27,540 bases of DNA, from contig JBJEGD010000041.1 of assembly GCA_051874735.1 (NCBI GenBank), forward strand, positions 1 to 27,540. The letters are read 5' to 3'. This document shows positions 1 to 9,650 of this stretch, one piece after another; within the stretch, counting starts at the first letter, position 1, and every line of letters begins with the position of its first letter. A program made the translations under genes and the position numbers. Under the pieces are notes generated by a model. It saw nothing but the letters and a program-made list of their open reading frames with translations, made no database searches and had not been told where the DNA came from. The DNA comes from Candidatus Bruticola sp. GTDB taxonomy: Bacteria; Vulcanimicrobiota; Xenobia; Xenobiales; Xenobiaceae.

Positions 1-738
1 TATTCCCATAATTACCCAAAAATACACGTTGTATCTTACAAAAATAGCAGCAGAAAAGTTCCAATAAACTAGCCCATATATTACAGCAATTGAGCAAAGC
101 AAACCGCCCCAAAAGCCAGCCCAAGTTTTACCTGGACTCAAGGGTGACAATTTAGCGCGTCCCATAGTCTTGCCGAAAAAATAGGCGCCGACATCGGAAG
201 CTATGCATATAGCTACTAAAAATATCACTATAAAAATATGGATACCGCGCATGAAACATAAAAGCGAAGGCAAAAATCCGCAATAAATTACAGCAAAGCA
301 ATTAACAGCACTATCAACAATAAAAGATTGTCGCTCTTTGTGATTCAAAACATTATCCAAAGCTGAACAAAACAGGCACCATGAAACAATGGCCATGTAC
401 ATCCAACCGATCACAGCAGCTTGCAATCCAGAACTGCCTACGACAATCATAGCGGCAGAGCAGACAGCGCACAGAATAATATTGGGCTTAAATCCTTTAT
501 TCTGCACCAGACTACAGTACTCATAAGTAAGTCCAAGGCTTATGATAGCAGCCAAATAGCTAAAGCACCATCCACCTTGATAAATGGCCCAACCAGCCAC
601 CAACACCATAACTAAAGCCGAAATTGTTCTAATCAATAAAGGATGATTTTTGTTTACCGATTCAGACGGAACTGCTGACTCACTTTTATTTACAGCATCC
701 TGATTTTGCATCGACTGAGCTTTATTATCATTAATCAT
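1..738 (-). CDS. cdsA: Phosphatidate cytidylyltransferase (CDP-DAG synthase), 3' part runs off the window
   Basis: Manually translated open frame from ATG at 738 to position 1: MINDNKAQ...LLIRTISALVMV..., multiple hydrophobic segments, and the CdsA signature ASDVGAYFFGKTMGRAKLSPLSPGKTWAGFWGG. Absent from the ORF track because there is no stop in the window. Start codon uncertain. Confidence 0.9.
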   Translation of the reverse strand, partial: MINDNKAQSMQNQDAVNKSESAVPSESVNKNHPLLIRTISALVMVLVAGWAIYQGGWCFSYLAAIISLGLTYEYCSLVQNKGFKPNIILCAVCSAAMIVVGSSGLQAAVIGWMYMAIVSWCLFCSALDNVLNHKERQSFIVDSAVNCFAVIYCGFLPSLLCFMRGIHIFIVIFLVAICIASDVGAYFFGKTMGRAKLSPLSPGKTWAGFWGGLLCSIAVIYGLVYWNFSAAIFVRYNVYFWVIMGI

Positions 739-998
739 TTTTGTTTACATCAGAACTCCCCTCAGTGAAACTTCCTGCGCTTCGCCATAAGGAGCAGAAA
801 CCTTTTATAACAGAACTGATACTACAATATTACTAACGAATTCAAAAAATTTCAGAAAAAAATTGCTGCTCGCATTCGGGTAGTTCCCCAACAATAGGGA
901 CAGTAAAAGTCGCTTAATAGGCGTTCTTCTGCTTAATTAACATCTGTAAATATAGATATGAAGGATAGCTAAATAGGGCTATCGAACTACGAGGGACA

Positions 999-2210
999 AT
1001 GCGTGTGGCAATTTTTACAAATGCTTATCGTCCTATTGTTAGCGGCGTAGTTAATTCAGTTTATCTTATAAGAGAAGGACTACTGCGTACCAACAACACT
1101 CCTTTTGTGTTCGCCCCCAAAGTGAGTGGCTATAAAGAAGAACACAGCGGTGTCTGGCGCTTTAATTCGCTTAATTTAACCCGCAAAGTTGAGTTTCCCA
1201 TAGCAATTCCTTACTCTTCTCATCTTTTTGCCCTAATTGCAAGCATGGGGTTAAACGTTATTCACACTCACCATCCGTTTCTTTTAGGCGATGTAGGCGC
1301 ACATTTTGCTAAATTTTTAGGAATTCCCTTGGTGTACACTTTTCACACTCAGCTGGAAAAGTATGCTCATTACGTTCCCTTGCCCAATAAGCTTGTCTGT
1401 AAAGCGGCTAGGGAAGCGGTATACAAGTACACTAGCCGATGCGATTGTGTCATATGTCCTTCTCCCAGCATAAGAGGACTGCTCGATGACTACGGCGTTA
1501 CTTGCAGGGTTGAAGTGCTACAAAATGCCATTGATGTACGTTCTTTCGCAAAAGCCGACGGACAGGCTGTGCGCAAACAGTTAGGGTTAACTCCTGATCA
1601 TGTGCTCTGTATTTTTACCGGCCGTATGGGGTTGGAAAAGAATTTAAGCTTCCTGCTGCGCACCTTCCAGCGCGTACACAGCAACCAACCTCAGGTACGC
1701 CTTATGCTGCTAGGTGACGGACCAATCCTCGAAGATCTGAAACAAGAAGCGGACGATTTAGGAGTAGCTCCCTACGTCTTCTTCCCCGGGCGAGTAGGTT
1801 ATACTGAAATTCCTTCTTACTATAAGGCGGCCGATCTTTTCGTTATGACCAGCACTACCGAAGTAAAACCTTTGGCTGTTTTGGAAGGTATGGCGGCCGG
1901 TCTTCCGGTGATAGCTGTCGACGCCTGCGGCACCGGAGACACCGTGACAGACGGACGAGATGGATTGCTTTGCAGCTGTGATGAAGACGCCTATACAAAC
2001 ATATTGACAAAAGCCGTTGCCGAAAGTGAACAACGACTAGCTATGGGGCGCAACGCTGTGCAGACAGCATCCACCTATTCTTTAGAAAATTATATGGAGA
2101 AACTGCTCAAAATTTACCGCGAAGTCGGAGCTAAAGATACACCGCGCAATAAAGCAGCCAATATTTTCAATTCAGGAGAGCTGTCTAAACGCATTTTAGG
2201 ACTGAAGTAA
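999..2210 (+). CDS. GT4 glycosyltransferase, 1,2-diacylglycerol 3-alpha-glucosyltransferase-like
   Basis: MRVAIFTNAYRPIVSGVVNSV N-terminus, HTHHPF, YTFHTQLE, GRMGLEKN and the E-X7-E motif EVKPLAVLEGMAAGLPV; RBS GAGGG upstream; divergent from cdsA. Confidence 0.88.
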   Translation: MRVAIFTNAYRPIVSGVVNSVYLIREGLLRTNNTPFVFAPKVSGYKEEHSGVWRFNSLNLTRKVEFPIAIPYSSHLFALIASMGLNVIHTHHPFLLGDVGAHFAKFLGIPLVYTFHTQLEKYAHYVPLPNKLVCKAAREAVYKYTSRCDCVICPSPSIRGLLDDYGVTCRVEVLQNAIDVRSFAKADGQAVRKQLGLTPDHVLCIFTGRMGLEKNLSFLLRTFQRVHSNQPQVRLMLLGDGPILEDLKQEADDLGVAPYVFFPGRVGYTEIPSYYKAADLFVMTSTTEVKPLAVLEGMAAGLPVIAVDACGTGDTVTDGRDGLLCSCDEDAYTNILTKAVAESEQRLAMGRNAVQTASTYSLENYMEKLLKIYREVGAKDTPRNKAANIFNSGELSKRILGLK

Positions 2211-2228
2211 AAACAAGTTTACTTTGGC

Positions 2229-2248
2229 AGGCCCATTTATAAGGGCCT
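2229..2248. terminator. Short hairpin between convergent genes, possible weak terminator
   Basis: AGGCCC-atttataa-GGGCCT; no strong U-tract. Confidence 0.3.
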
Positions 2249-2298
2249 CTCGCTATAGCTGCAGTCGTTTAAGTATCTGTTAGAAACGGCGCTTTCAA

Positions 2299-3417
2299 CT
2301 AAGCAGTATGGTTGTCTAACTTGACCAAGAGAACTTTTAAGCGCCTTTCCATAATTCCGAAAGCCGTCTCTAGAGCACCGTCACTCCAAATTAAAAAAAG
2401 TGAAATAAAAATCATAGTATAAACCCACAAACGCGAGACCTTTACTCGAGTAGAAAAAGTGGGCCAATGCGGATTGCTAACTATTTCCAGCAAAGTGCCT
2501 AAACCTATAGCTACTGGCCACACCGTAGACAAACGCAGTAACCATGCTTTCTTAGGCGTCTTTTTTATATAAATAAGTGCATAGCGGAAATGCTCCACCG
2601 CTTTAAAAATCCAGGGGGTTAACTGAGTCTTAAAATGGGCTAAATTTACATCTGATTGGTCCTCATTTTTCAAGAACTCGGTCAAACCTGAACAAGGAAT
2701 ATAAAGGCGGCCGCATTTTAAATCTTTGGGTAAATCGCGAAGCACATTTACATACTGAAGCGCTTTGCCGAAACTTACGCCAAATTTTTCCATAGCAGGA
2801 AGTTCCTCAGGACTAATTACCCCTAGGTAGTGAGCATTAATACGACTCCAAAATTGCCCGACACAGCCGGCTACTAAATAAGTGTAATTTTCTAACTGAG
2901 CATCAGTACTGAAAGCACCTGGGAAGAAAGATAAATCGAGTTTCATGCCTTTAATCAAAGTGGAGACTACTGACAAGACCTCTTGCTGAGCAAAATTGTC
3001 TAATTCTAAATATAATTGATACGCATTAGCTAGACGCAACAGAAGACGTCTTTCCCCTTCAGTAATTCCTCCAACAGCTAAACCCGCCGCTTTAGGAGCA
3101 AAGGTAATTTTTTTACTCTGCTCAACATAAGCACTCAAGTAGTTCCAGAAATCTTCGTAAGCAGAAACCGCTTTTTTTTCCTTCAGGATAGATAGCCATT
3201 TTTCTAAATCGGTTAAGCGTGTTCCAACCTCAGCGCAAGGATTATCGGCTAAAGTATCTGCAGCTCTAGCCAATAAATACGCCAAACTGATAGGCTCCCG
3301 AACAGCCTCAGGTAATATACGAATACTCAGATAAAAAGCACGAGAAACATCTGCTAAAACGTTTTGCAGAAGTTGCTTTTTGGGCTCTTGAGTTAAATGC
3401 TCTTCCATTGTAGACAA
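2299..3417 (-). CDS. Squalene/phytoene synthase family protein (head-to-head trans-isoprenyl diphosphate synthase, SQS-like)
   Basis: VSRAFYLSIRILP, YLLARAADTLAD (first Asp-rich motif), YTYLVAGCVG, FGKALQYVNVLRDLPKDLKCGRLYIP (second motif). True start may be ATG 3408. Confidence 0.88.
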   Translation of the reverse strand: MSTMEEHLTQEPKKQLLQNVLADVSRAFYLSIRILPEAVREPISLAYLLARAADTLADNPCAEVGTRLTDLEKWLSILKEKKAVSAYEDFWNYLSAYVEQSKKITFAPKAAGLAVGGITEGERRLLLRLANAYQLYLELDNFAQQEVLSVVSTLIKGMKLDLSFFPGAFSTDAQLENYTYLVAGCVGQFWSRINAHYLGVISPEELPAMEKFGVSFGKALQYVNVLRDLPKDLKCGRLYIPCSGLTEFLKNEDQSDVNLAHFKTQLTPWIFKAVEHFRYALIYIKKTPKKAWLLRLSTVWPVAIGLGTLLEIVSNPHWPTFSTRVKVSRLWVYTMIFISLFLIWSDGALETAFGIMERRLKVLLVKLDNHTA

Positions 3418-3458
3418 CGCCTTTTGCTGCTTATGAGGAAATAAAATACAACCTCAAT

Positions 3459-5024
3459 TTACTGCTGCAGCCAACTAAGTTCGGAAGCTTGTTTAGCTAA
3501 AATAGTTCTGGTGGTATCAACTAATTGCCAAGCTTTCTCTGGTGAATCGGCTATGCATGTGCCAGAAAGGCGTCCATACTGGGAAAGTGCTCCCATCATG
3601 TGAAAAACGACTCCGCAGCAGGTCGCCGAATTATAATGCAATCCATACTCTGTAACGATATCGATTATATCGTTGGGGCAAAGTCCCTTAGCTTCAGGAG
3701 GGGCAATATTTGAAAAAGATACATAGTAAATTTTACGCCCAGATGGAGTCTTGAAAGAACCGCTGTCTGTAGAGTACTTTCCTCCAGTTAAAAAACTAGT
3801 GGCATTTAAAGGGTGAGTCGTGCCACCACGCCGCAAATTAATTTCTACAGCATAAAGCTCGTAATCACCGCGACTGTAAACGACACCATCAATCAGCCCT
3901 TTATTCTTGTTAGTTTTTCTTGGAATGGCAATAAAATCTATGGAAACTGGTCCCACATATCCTAAACGAACTAACTCACGGCCAATTTCTTTGCCTAAAT
4001 GATGCAGAGCCTGCACATATTCAGCTTTAGCTGGCAAAGAACAGCCTATATATTCTAGGCCGGAACGCCCTCCCAACTGCTGCTCATGTGTAGAATCTAC
4101 GTTAATTTCTCCCAAAGGATTTATAAAAATTTGAACCGTCGGCGAAGTCTTACCAGGAGCATCAATAAAAGCTTCGACTACACCTCCCTGATCAGCTAAA
4201 ACTTCTTTAAAAGCTTTGCAGGAGACCTCACCACAATTTCCATCAGAAAGATTTTCTAGATAATCAGCTATTTCTTCTTTAGAAGATATACTCCCCATAT
4301 CGGCTAACTTGACCAAGATATTGCCAATACCAGAAAAGCCCTCATTAAGTTTAATCACCACGCCCTCTAGATTAGGACATACCGAGCGCAAATCGATAAT
4401 CGCTTGAGCAGCTTCACGCATACTAAAAATTGAGCCCCTCCCTTTGGGATGAGCAATGTCCAACTTTTTAAATATATCTCTGGAGCCCGACTTGCCTCCC
4501 CAATATCGTAAATCACCTGAAGAGCCGTATATAGGAATGCCTAATTTTACGGCCAACTCATGCTCTAGATCGGTGTTATAGTAAACTTCCATATATGAAA
4601 GGGCAGGATTAGTAATTGCTCTTTTTATACGCTCAATAACGGCCGGACGTTCTAAAATTTTTTGAGTTAAAGGGATATCGCTGCGATCCATCAGCGAAAT
4701 TAAGTGGAGGCGTTCTCTGGCATGAGAGAAAGTAACTCCCGGAAGGAACTGTAAATAGTAAGAAATAACGTCGTCGGGAATACGCAAAGCACTCAAATAA
4801 ACTACTTGAGTTTTAGGCATACCCAACAAGGTGAGAAAAGAGAGCAACCGCTCTTCATAATGAACAGAGCCTTGGACTTTGGCCAACTCTAAAGGAGCCA
4901 AAGATATTGAAGGTAGCACAACTACAGTACGTTCACAGTTAGGATCGCTGCGAACACTCTGCCAAGCTGCAGGTAATCTTTTCTGCAAAGACTCAAAATC
5001 TATTTTCCAATTTGCTTCAGCCAT
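3459..5024 (-). CDS. ATP-grasp peptide/amine ligase, PGM1-related family
   Basis: N-terminal RTVVVLPSISL...HYEERLL, ATP-grasp elements VIKLNEGFSGIGN, VVEAFI, EINLRRGGTTHP, and C-terminal GVVFHMMGALSQYG resembling PGM1-related ligases. Confidence 0.75.
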   Translation of the reverse strand: MAEANWKIDFESLQKRLPAAWQSVRSDPNCERTVVVLPSISLAPLELAKVQGSVHYEERLLSFLTLLGMPKTQVVYLSALRIPDDVISYYLQFLPGVTFSHARERLHLISLMDRSDIPLTQKILERPAVIERIKRAITNPALSYMEVYYNTDLEHELAVKLGIPIYGSSGDLRYWGGKSGSRDIFKKLDIAHPKGRGSIFSMREAAQAIIDLRSVCPNLEGVVIKLNEGFSGIGNILVKLADMGSISSKEEIADYLENLSDGNCGEVSCKAFKEVLADQGGVVEAFIDAPGKTSPTVQIFINPLGEINVDSTHEQQLGGRSGLEYIGCSLPAKAEYVQALHHLGKEIGRELVRLGYVGPVSIDFIAIPRKTNKNKGLIDGVVYSRGDYELYAVEINLRRGGTTHPLNATSFLTGGKYSTDSGSFKTPSGRKIYYVSFSNIAPPEAKGLCPNDIIDIVTEYGLHYNSATCCGVVFHMMGALSQYGRLSGTCIADSPEKAWQLVDTTRTILAKQASELSWLQQ

Positions 5025-5170
5025 GCCTTACAATCAATGCCTCTCTCAATAAATCGACCTGCATTTCCTCACAGTCAGCTACAGCCCTTTTTTATAGCTG
5101 CAGCTTAATTGCACAAGAACTCTAGCTAAAGCAGGCCGCCACCATAACAGCAGAGAACTGTCGACAAGTT

Positions 5171-6349
5171 ATGTTGTGTTTTTTTGATGGTCACAATGAC
5201 TCTTTTGTAAAGTGTTATCCGCCCCGTCATCTGCGAAACGGAGCCTCTCCTCTGCAAGCCCATGCTTTTGTAAACGGAACTACTAACACTCACATAGACT
5301 TGCCGCGAGCCTTAAAAGCAGGCTACCTAGGAGCGCTCTGCGCTGTATTTATAGACCCACCCTTAGGCGATGACAGCACTTGTTTGCAAGCTCACAGCCG
5401 CGAGGTGCCTGAAGGCCGCCACCCTAATTTAGAAATTCCCATAGATCATCAGCTAGCCTTAAAGGCAACTTTAGAAGTCATGAGCCGCATTTTTCAAGAT
5501 GAACGTATCTCTGACGGTTTTAAAATTACGCGTTCTTATAAAGATTTGACTGATACAATTAGCCAACATAAGTTAGCTGTTGTTATCCATTTAGAGGGCT
5601 GCGAAGCTATAGATGTAAACCTTGACAGCTTGGAAGTGCTCTATCAAGCTGGGGTGCGTTCTTTAGGTATTTGCTGGAGTCGTCCTAATATCTTTGGAAC
5701 TGGCGTACCTTTCGCTTACAAGGTGCCCCCCGACACAGGTCCTGGACTAACTGGCGCAGGCTTATCTCTAGTAAAACGCTGCAATGAATTGGGTATACTG
5801 CTCGATGCGGCCCACTTAAATGCCCAAGGCTTCTACGATTTAGCGGCAGCGTCTAGAGGGCCTTTAGTAGTGTCGCACAGTAGCGCTTTCACTCTCTGTC
5901 CTGCTTCTAGGGCCCTTACTGATCATCAGCTGCAAACGGTAGCTGAGCATCGCGGCTTAGTCGGCGTTACTTTCCACGTTCCTGATCTCATTGGTCCGCG
6001 AGCTCAGGAAAGTCCTTACATTCCCCAGGCTGCTGAACTGTACAGCAATTTCAAAGAAGTAAAAAAATCTCTTCAATCTAGGCAGCTTCAGCCGCGCTCT
6101 TGCAGCGAATTAGAGGCAATAATCGCCCATATTGTCTATATAGGCAAACAGATCGGTTTCGATCATGTGGCTATAGGCTCTGATTTTGATGGATGTCTGA
6201 TACCTGATCAAATCAAAGATGTTTCCGACATACATTTAATATATGAAGGACTGCGCGCAGCCGGCCTAAATGAAAAAGAATTGGATAAGGTACTTTACAA
6301 AAATTGGCTGCGCGTTATACAAGAGAGTTGGGAAGTAAACAAAAATTAA
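5171..6349 (+). CDS. Membrane dipeptidase family (peptidase M19)
   Basis: FDGHND, HLEG, LDAAHLN, VSHS and GSDFDG metal/catalytic motifs; C-terminal NWLRV. Confidence 0.92.
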   Translation: MLCFFDGHNDSFVKCYPPRHLRNGASPLQAHAFVNGTTNTHIDLPRALKAGYLGALCAVFIDPPLGDDSTCLQAHSREVPEGRHPNLEIPIDHQLALKATLEVMSRIFQDERISDGFKITRSYKDLTDTISQHKLAVVIHLEGCEAIDVNLDSLEVLYQAGVRSLGICWSRPNIFGTGVPFAYKVPPDTGPGLTGAGLSLVKRCNELGILLDAAHLNAQGFYDLAAASRGPLVVSHSSAFTLCPASRALTDHQLQTVAEHRGLVGVTFHVPDLIGPRAQESPYIPQAAELYSNFKEVKKSLQSRQLQPRSCSELEAIIAHIVYIGKQIGFDHVAIGSDFDGCLIPDQIKDVSDIHLIYEGLRAAGLNEKELDKVLYKNWLRVIQESWEVNKN

Positions 6350-6463
6350 ATTTCTGACAATTTTGTGATACTTTTAAAGGCAGCTTCAGCTCTGGAGACT
6401 TCCTTTTGGATCTCGGATCAAGTAGTATTCAAGAGGATGTTATCTTTAGGGCCCAATAGATAA

Positions 6464-7708
6464 GTGCAGACTATGAACAGTATAAGTTCTTCTTCAATAA
6501 ATACGAATATTGTCCACGTAGCGCCTCCAGCTGCTACGGTCAGCAAGCACCCAGATGGTGAATCTGCCTCTGTTCAGAGAATATCTCGGGATAGTGCAGT
6601 TTTAGAGGTAATCTCTCCTCAGGATACTCTCTCTGTAACTTCATCATCCGCTCAAACGAAAGATCATACGCCTTGTACATCCACAGAGTCGAATGTAGAA
6701 GCCCCCACCAAAAAGCAAAACAAAAGCAAGAAAAGCCCTAAAAAATTGGTCAAAAAGGGGATCAGCTTATATAAAGAAGCTCGCCACTCTCCTTTAACCT
6801 TTGTAAAAGATCACGCTAAGAAAGGTGTGCCTGCGGCTATTGCTTTAGGAGTAGGCGCTGCAGTTCTGTGCGGAGAAGCTTTCGACGACGAGTGCATCAG
6901 CGACATAAAAGATCTGGCGGAGAATGCAGTCACCAAGGGTGGCGGCATAAATAAAAATCTGAAATTTTTTAACCAATTATCCGAATTTTCTGGTGTCAGC
7001 GCCGACATATGCTGCGGCACTGGAGGGGCGATACTGGCAGGACAAGGGCTGTACAAAACGGGAAACGGCGTAGTAAAAACTATTAAAGCCGTTAAAAAGA
7101 AAGATAGTCACGCTGTATTAAGCGGCTTGCGAACAACTGTGGCAGGCGTGCGCAAAACTTTAAACGGAGCGGTTGTGGGCACTATAAGTCTGGAAGGCAA
7201 GCCAGAAAAAGCGGCCAAATTTATCAAAAAAACCGTACTGCCTCCCCTGCGCAAAGCGGCTGCAGCCCTTAACATAGGTGTTGGTATAAAAAGCATCCAA
7301 AAGGGCATCAAAGCTAAAAGCAAAACTAAGGTTATAAATGGTGCTCTTGATCTGGCCTATGGTTCTGCAGTGGTCGTTTCTATTGCTGTAGGTGGCCCCG
7401 TAGCGGCAGCAGCTTGCACAGGTTTGTTAGCTGTCAAAACCGGCTGGTCATGGACAAAAAAAATCAGCCGCTGTGTTAGACGCGATCAGGAAATTCAAGA
7501 GCAGCGTCAGGCTGAACGCAGTCAAAGAGTTCAAAATCCGGAGTTGCCAGAAGAGTCAAATAAAGCGGGAAAAGTTCCCAACAACAGTAAGGCCCTCCCT
7601 GCTGAGCAAAGTAAAAAACTAGCTAAGGCCAACAAAGCTAAAAAAGCAGTGCTAAAATTTATTGCCGGTATTACATCCGACGAAAAATTACCCAAAAACA
7701 TCATTTAA
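6464..7708 (+). CDS. Hypothetical Lys-rich protein with Ser/Thr-rich N-terminus and Gly/Ala-rich hydrophobic helices
   Basis: 414-aa ORF filling the gap between dipeptidase and hemW; hydrophobic stretches GVPAAIALGVGAAVLCG and LAYGSAVVVSIAVGGPVAAAACTGLLAV. Start may be ATG 6473. Confidence 0.7.
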   Translation: MQTMNSISSSSINTNIVHVAPPAATVSKHPDGESASVQRISRDSAVLEVISPQDTLSVTSSSAQTKDHTPCTSTESNVEAPTKKQNKSKKSPKKLVKKGISLYKEARHSPLTFVKDHAKKGVPAAIALGVGAAVLCGEAFDDECISDIKDLAENAVTKGGGINKNLKFFNQLSEFSGVSADICCGTGGAILAGQGLYKTGNGVVKTIKAVKKKDSHAVLSGLRTTVAGVRKTLNGAVVGTISLEGKPEKAAKFIKKTVLPPLRKAAAALNIGVGIKSIQKGIKAKSKTKVINGALDLAYGSAVVVSIAVGGPVAAAACTGLLAVKTGWSWTKKISRCVRRDQEIQEQRQAERSQRVQNPELPEESNKAGKVPNNSKALPAEQSKKLAKANKAKKAVLKFIAGITSDEKLPKNII

Positions 7709-7792
7709 ATATTAGCTTATAGAAACTAATTAAGCAGCACTAAGTCTCAGTTTTCGTGCACTACCAGATGTTATCTGCTCATCTTGAGCGGG

Positions 7793-9043
7793 TCAGCATA
7801 ACGGAAACTGAGACTTATTTTGTGGCAAATTTTTCTGGCAAAATACCCTGTCAAATGGTGAGAATTCTAACAAGCGTACAAAAATTTCGTTAGAAAGATC
7901 GCGTCCTCGTCCAGTTAAGCGCAAATGATAGCCGCAACGGGAAAAAAGCTCATCGGGAATTTGGTGCCAAAACTCTTCGTTGGCCCGCCTTAAACCACGC
8001 CTAAATTGCGGGGGAAACTTTTTAAACACCCGATCAAACGAGATACCGCGTCGGCAACGCAGCTGAAGCATAAAATCTTCACGTAGCCGAGCTGCCCACC
8101 CTAAACGCTCTGCGCTCTCTAAAATTTCTGTTCCCTGGCGGACAGCCTGACTGTACCAGCTAGGATTCGATAGACGTCGAAAGCGCCATCCTCTATAATA
8201 GGAAACAGCCCCAGCCCCTAAACCTAAATAAGGCAAATTAGCCCAATAAACTTTATTGTGAAAGCATTGATATCCGCGGCGGGCCCAATTAGAAATTTCA
8301 TAGTGTGCAAAATCGGCTTGGCGCAGTAAACGCTTTAATACTGTTTCCATCTCTGCCACTTCATCTTCAGAAGGCAGTTTCATTAAACCTTTGTCCAGAG
8401 CACGCTGCAGTGGCGTTCCCTCTTCAACAGAAAGGGCATAACAAGATATATGCTCAGGATGGAAAGATAAAAGTCTCTCTAAGGTATTTTTCCATATTGA
8501 TACACTTTGACCAGGCAAACCGTAAATAAGATCGATATTAATATTGCGGAAACCAGCTTGACGAGCCCAGTTTAAACAATTCTCGACATCCTGCGCACTA
8601 TGCACACGTCCTAGCTGCTCCAGCAACTTATCGTCGAGCGATTGTACGCCTAAAGAAAGACGGTTAATGCCGCAGCGTCTCATTTGATGCAATTTTTCTA
8701 AGCTGAGAGTGGCAGGATTAGACTCTGAAGTAATTTCTGCCTCTTTAGCTAGGCCGAAACTTTCTCTAACTTGACTGATAACCTCAACAAGCCAATCTGA
8801 TGGCGCTAGGGTCGGCGTACCACCTCCCAAATACAAACTGCGCAATCCACTCGAACAAATTTTTACCTGTTTAGCACTTAATCTAATATCTTGAAGCAGG
8901 CTTAAATGATAAACCCGGCGCTGCTCCAGAGAAATTCCTCCCAGAGTGTTAAAATCGCAGTAAATACAACGACGACAGCAAAAAGGAAAATGTATGTAAA
9001 GTGAAAAGAGCCCGTCGGCTCTTTTAGGTAAATCGTCAGCCAT
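7793..9043 (-). CDS. hemW: Radical SAM heme chaperone HemW (HemN-like)
   Basis: SLYIHFPFCCRRCIYCDF (CxxxCxxC), GGGTPT, NRLSLGVQS, DLIYGLPGQ, YEISNW and HNKVYW (HNxxYW typical of HemW). Confidence 0.88.
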   Translation of the reverse strand: MADDLPKRADGLFSLYIHFPFCCRRCIYCDFNTLGGISLEQRRVYHLSLLQDIRLSAKQVKICSSGLRSLYLGGGTPTLAPSDWLVEVISQVRESFGLAKEAEITSESNPATLSLEKLHQMRRCGINRLSLGVQSLDDKLLEQLGRVHSAQDVENCLNWARQAGFRNINIDLIYGLPGQSVSIWKNTLERLLSFHPEHISCYALSVEEGTPLQRALDKGLMKLPSEDEVAEMETVLKRLLRQADFAHYEISNWARRGYQCFHNKVYWANLPYLGLGAGAVSYYRGWRFRRLSNPSWYSQAVRQGTEILESAERLGWAARLREDFMLQLRCRRGISFDRVFKKFPPQFRRGLRRANEEFWHQIPDELFSRCGYHLRLTGRGRDLSNEIFVRLLEFSPFDRVFCQKNLPQNKSQFPLC

Positions 9044-9052
9044 ATCCTCAGA

Positions 9053-9631
9053 CTACTTGTAACGCCCACGCGCCCCATAATCGATATAGCGGCGACTATT
9101 CCCTCCCAAGTTGTTATCTTCGCGGACTTTGCTATCGGAAGAAGAATCGCCGTCCAATCCACTCAAAGCAGAGACGTTTTTCTCAGAATCGGGATGGTAA
9201 GAAACTTTAACTTCGTTGGGATAGCACAAAATAACTGAATCGGTAATTTTGGCTAAACAGCCATTAGTACAGTATAAAATTCCTGAAAGAAAATCTAGCA
9301 TGCTCCTTCTAAGCTCTTTACTAGTCTCCTGAAAGTTAATTATCACACACTTTTCTTGCTTAATAGCATTAGCAATAGCGACACACCAATTTGACTTATC
9401 GTTAGGTTCTATACAATATACATTTATTATGACTATTTCTAAATTTTTCGCTAACTTTGATACCTGTTCCGACATTGAATCTGCATTACCAGTAATAGCT
9501 CCGCGCACTTCAGTCGCCTTATTTTCTGATCCAACATCACTCACAGCAGCTTCTAAGGTTTCTTCTGTATCTTCAATATGTCCGCTACCTACAAAAGCAC
9601 GCACCAACCTACCCATAAAGCTGCTAGACAT
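9053..9631 (-). CDS. sepF: Cell division protein SepF
   Basis: VIINFQ...RRSMLDFLSGILYCTNG.LAKITDSVILCYPNEVKV matches the SepF core; start moved to ATG 9631 behind a GGAGGAG RBS, giving an amphipathic N-terminus MSSSFMGRLVRAFVG; directly downstream of yggS. Confidence 0.82.
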   Translation of the reverse strand: MSSSFMGRLVRAFVGSGHIEDTEETLEAAVSDVGSENKATEVRGAITGNADSMSEQVSKLAKNLEIVIINVYCIEPNDKSNWCVAIANAIKQEKCVIINFQETSKELRRSMLDFLSGILYCTNGCLAKITDSVILCYPNEVKVSYHPDSEKNVSALSGLDGDSSSDSKVREDNNLGGNSRRYIDYGARGRYK

Positions 9632-9650
9632 ATCACTCCTCCGCCAATTT

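Noticed and set aside
421-615. 64-aa + strand ORF
   Set aside because: Antisense shadow of the cdsA frame (1..738, minus strand), which has a clear family signature.
6437-6463. 8-codon in-frame ORF ending in TAA right before GTG 6464 (readthrough/uORF idea)
   Set aside because: The AGAGG element abuts the ATG with no spacer; no evidence of translation.
7793-9043. True coproporphyrinogen dehydrogenase HemN
   Set aside because: Short N-terminus and HNxxYW motif fit HemW rather than HemN.
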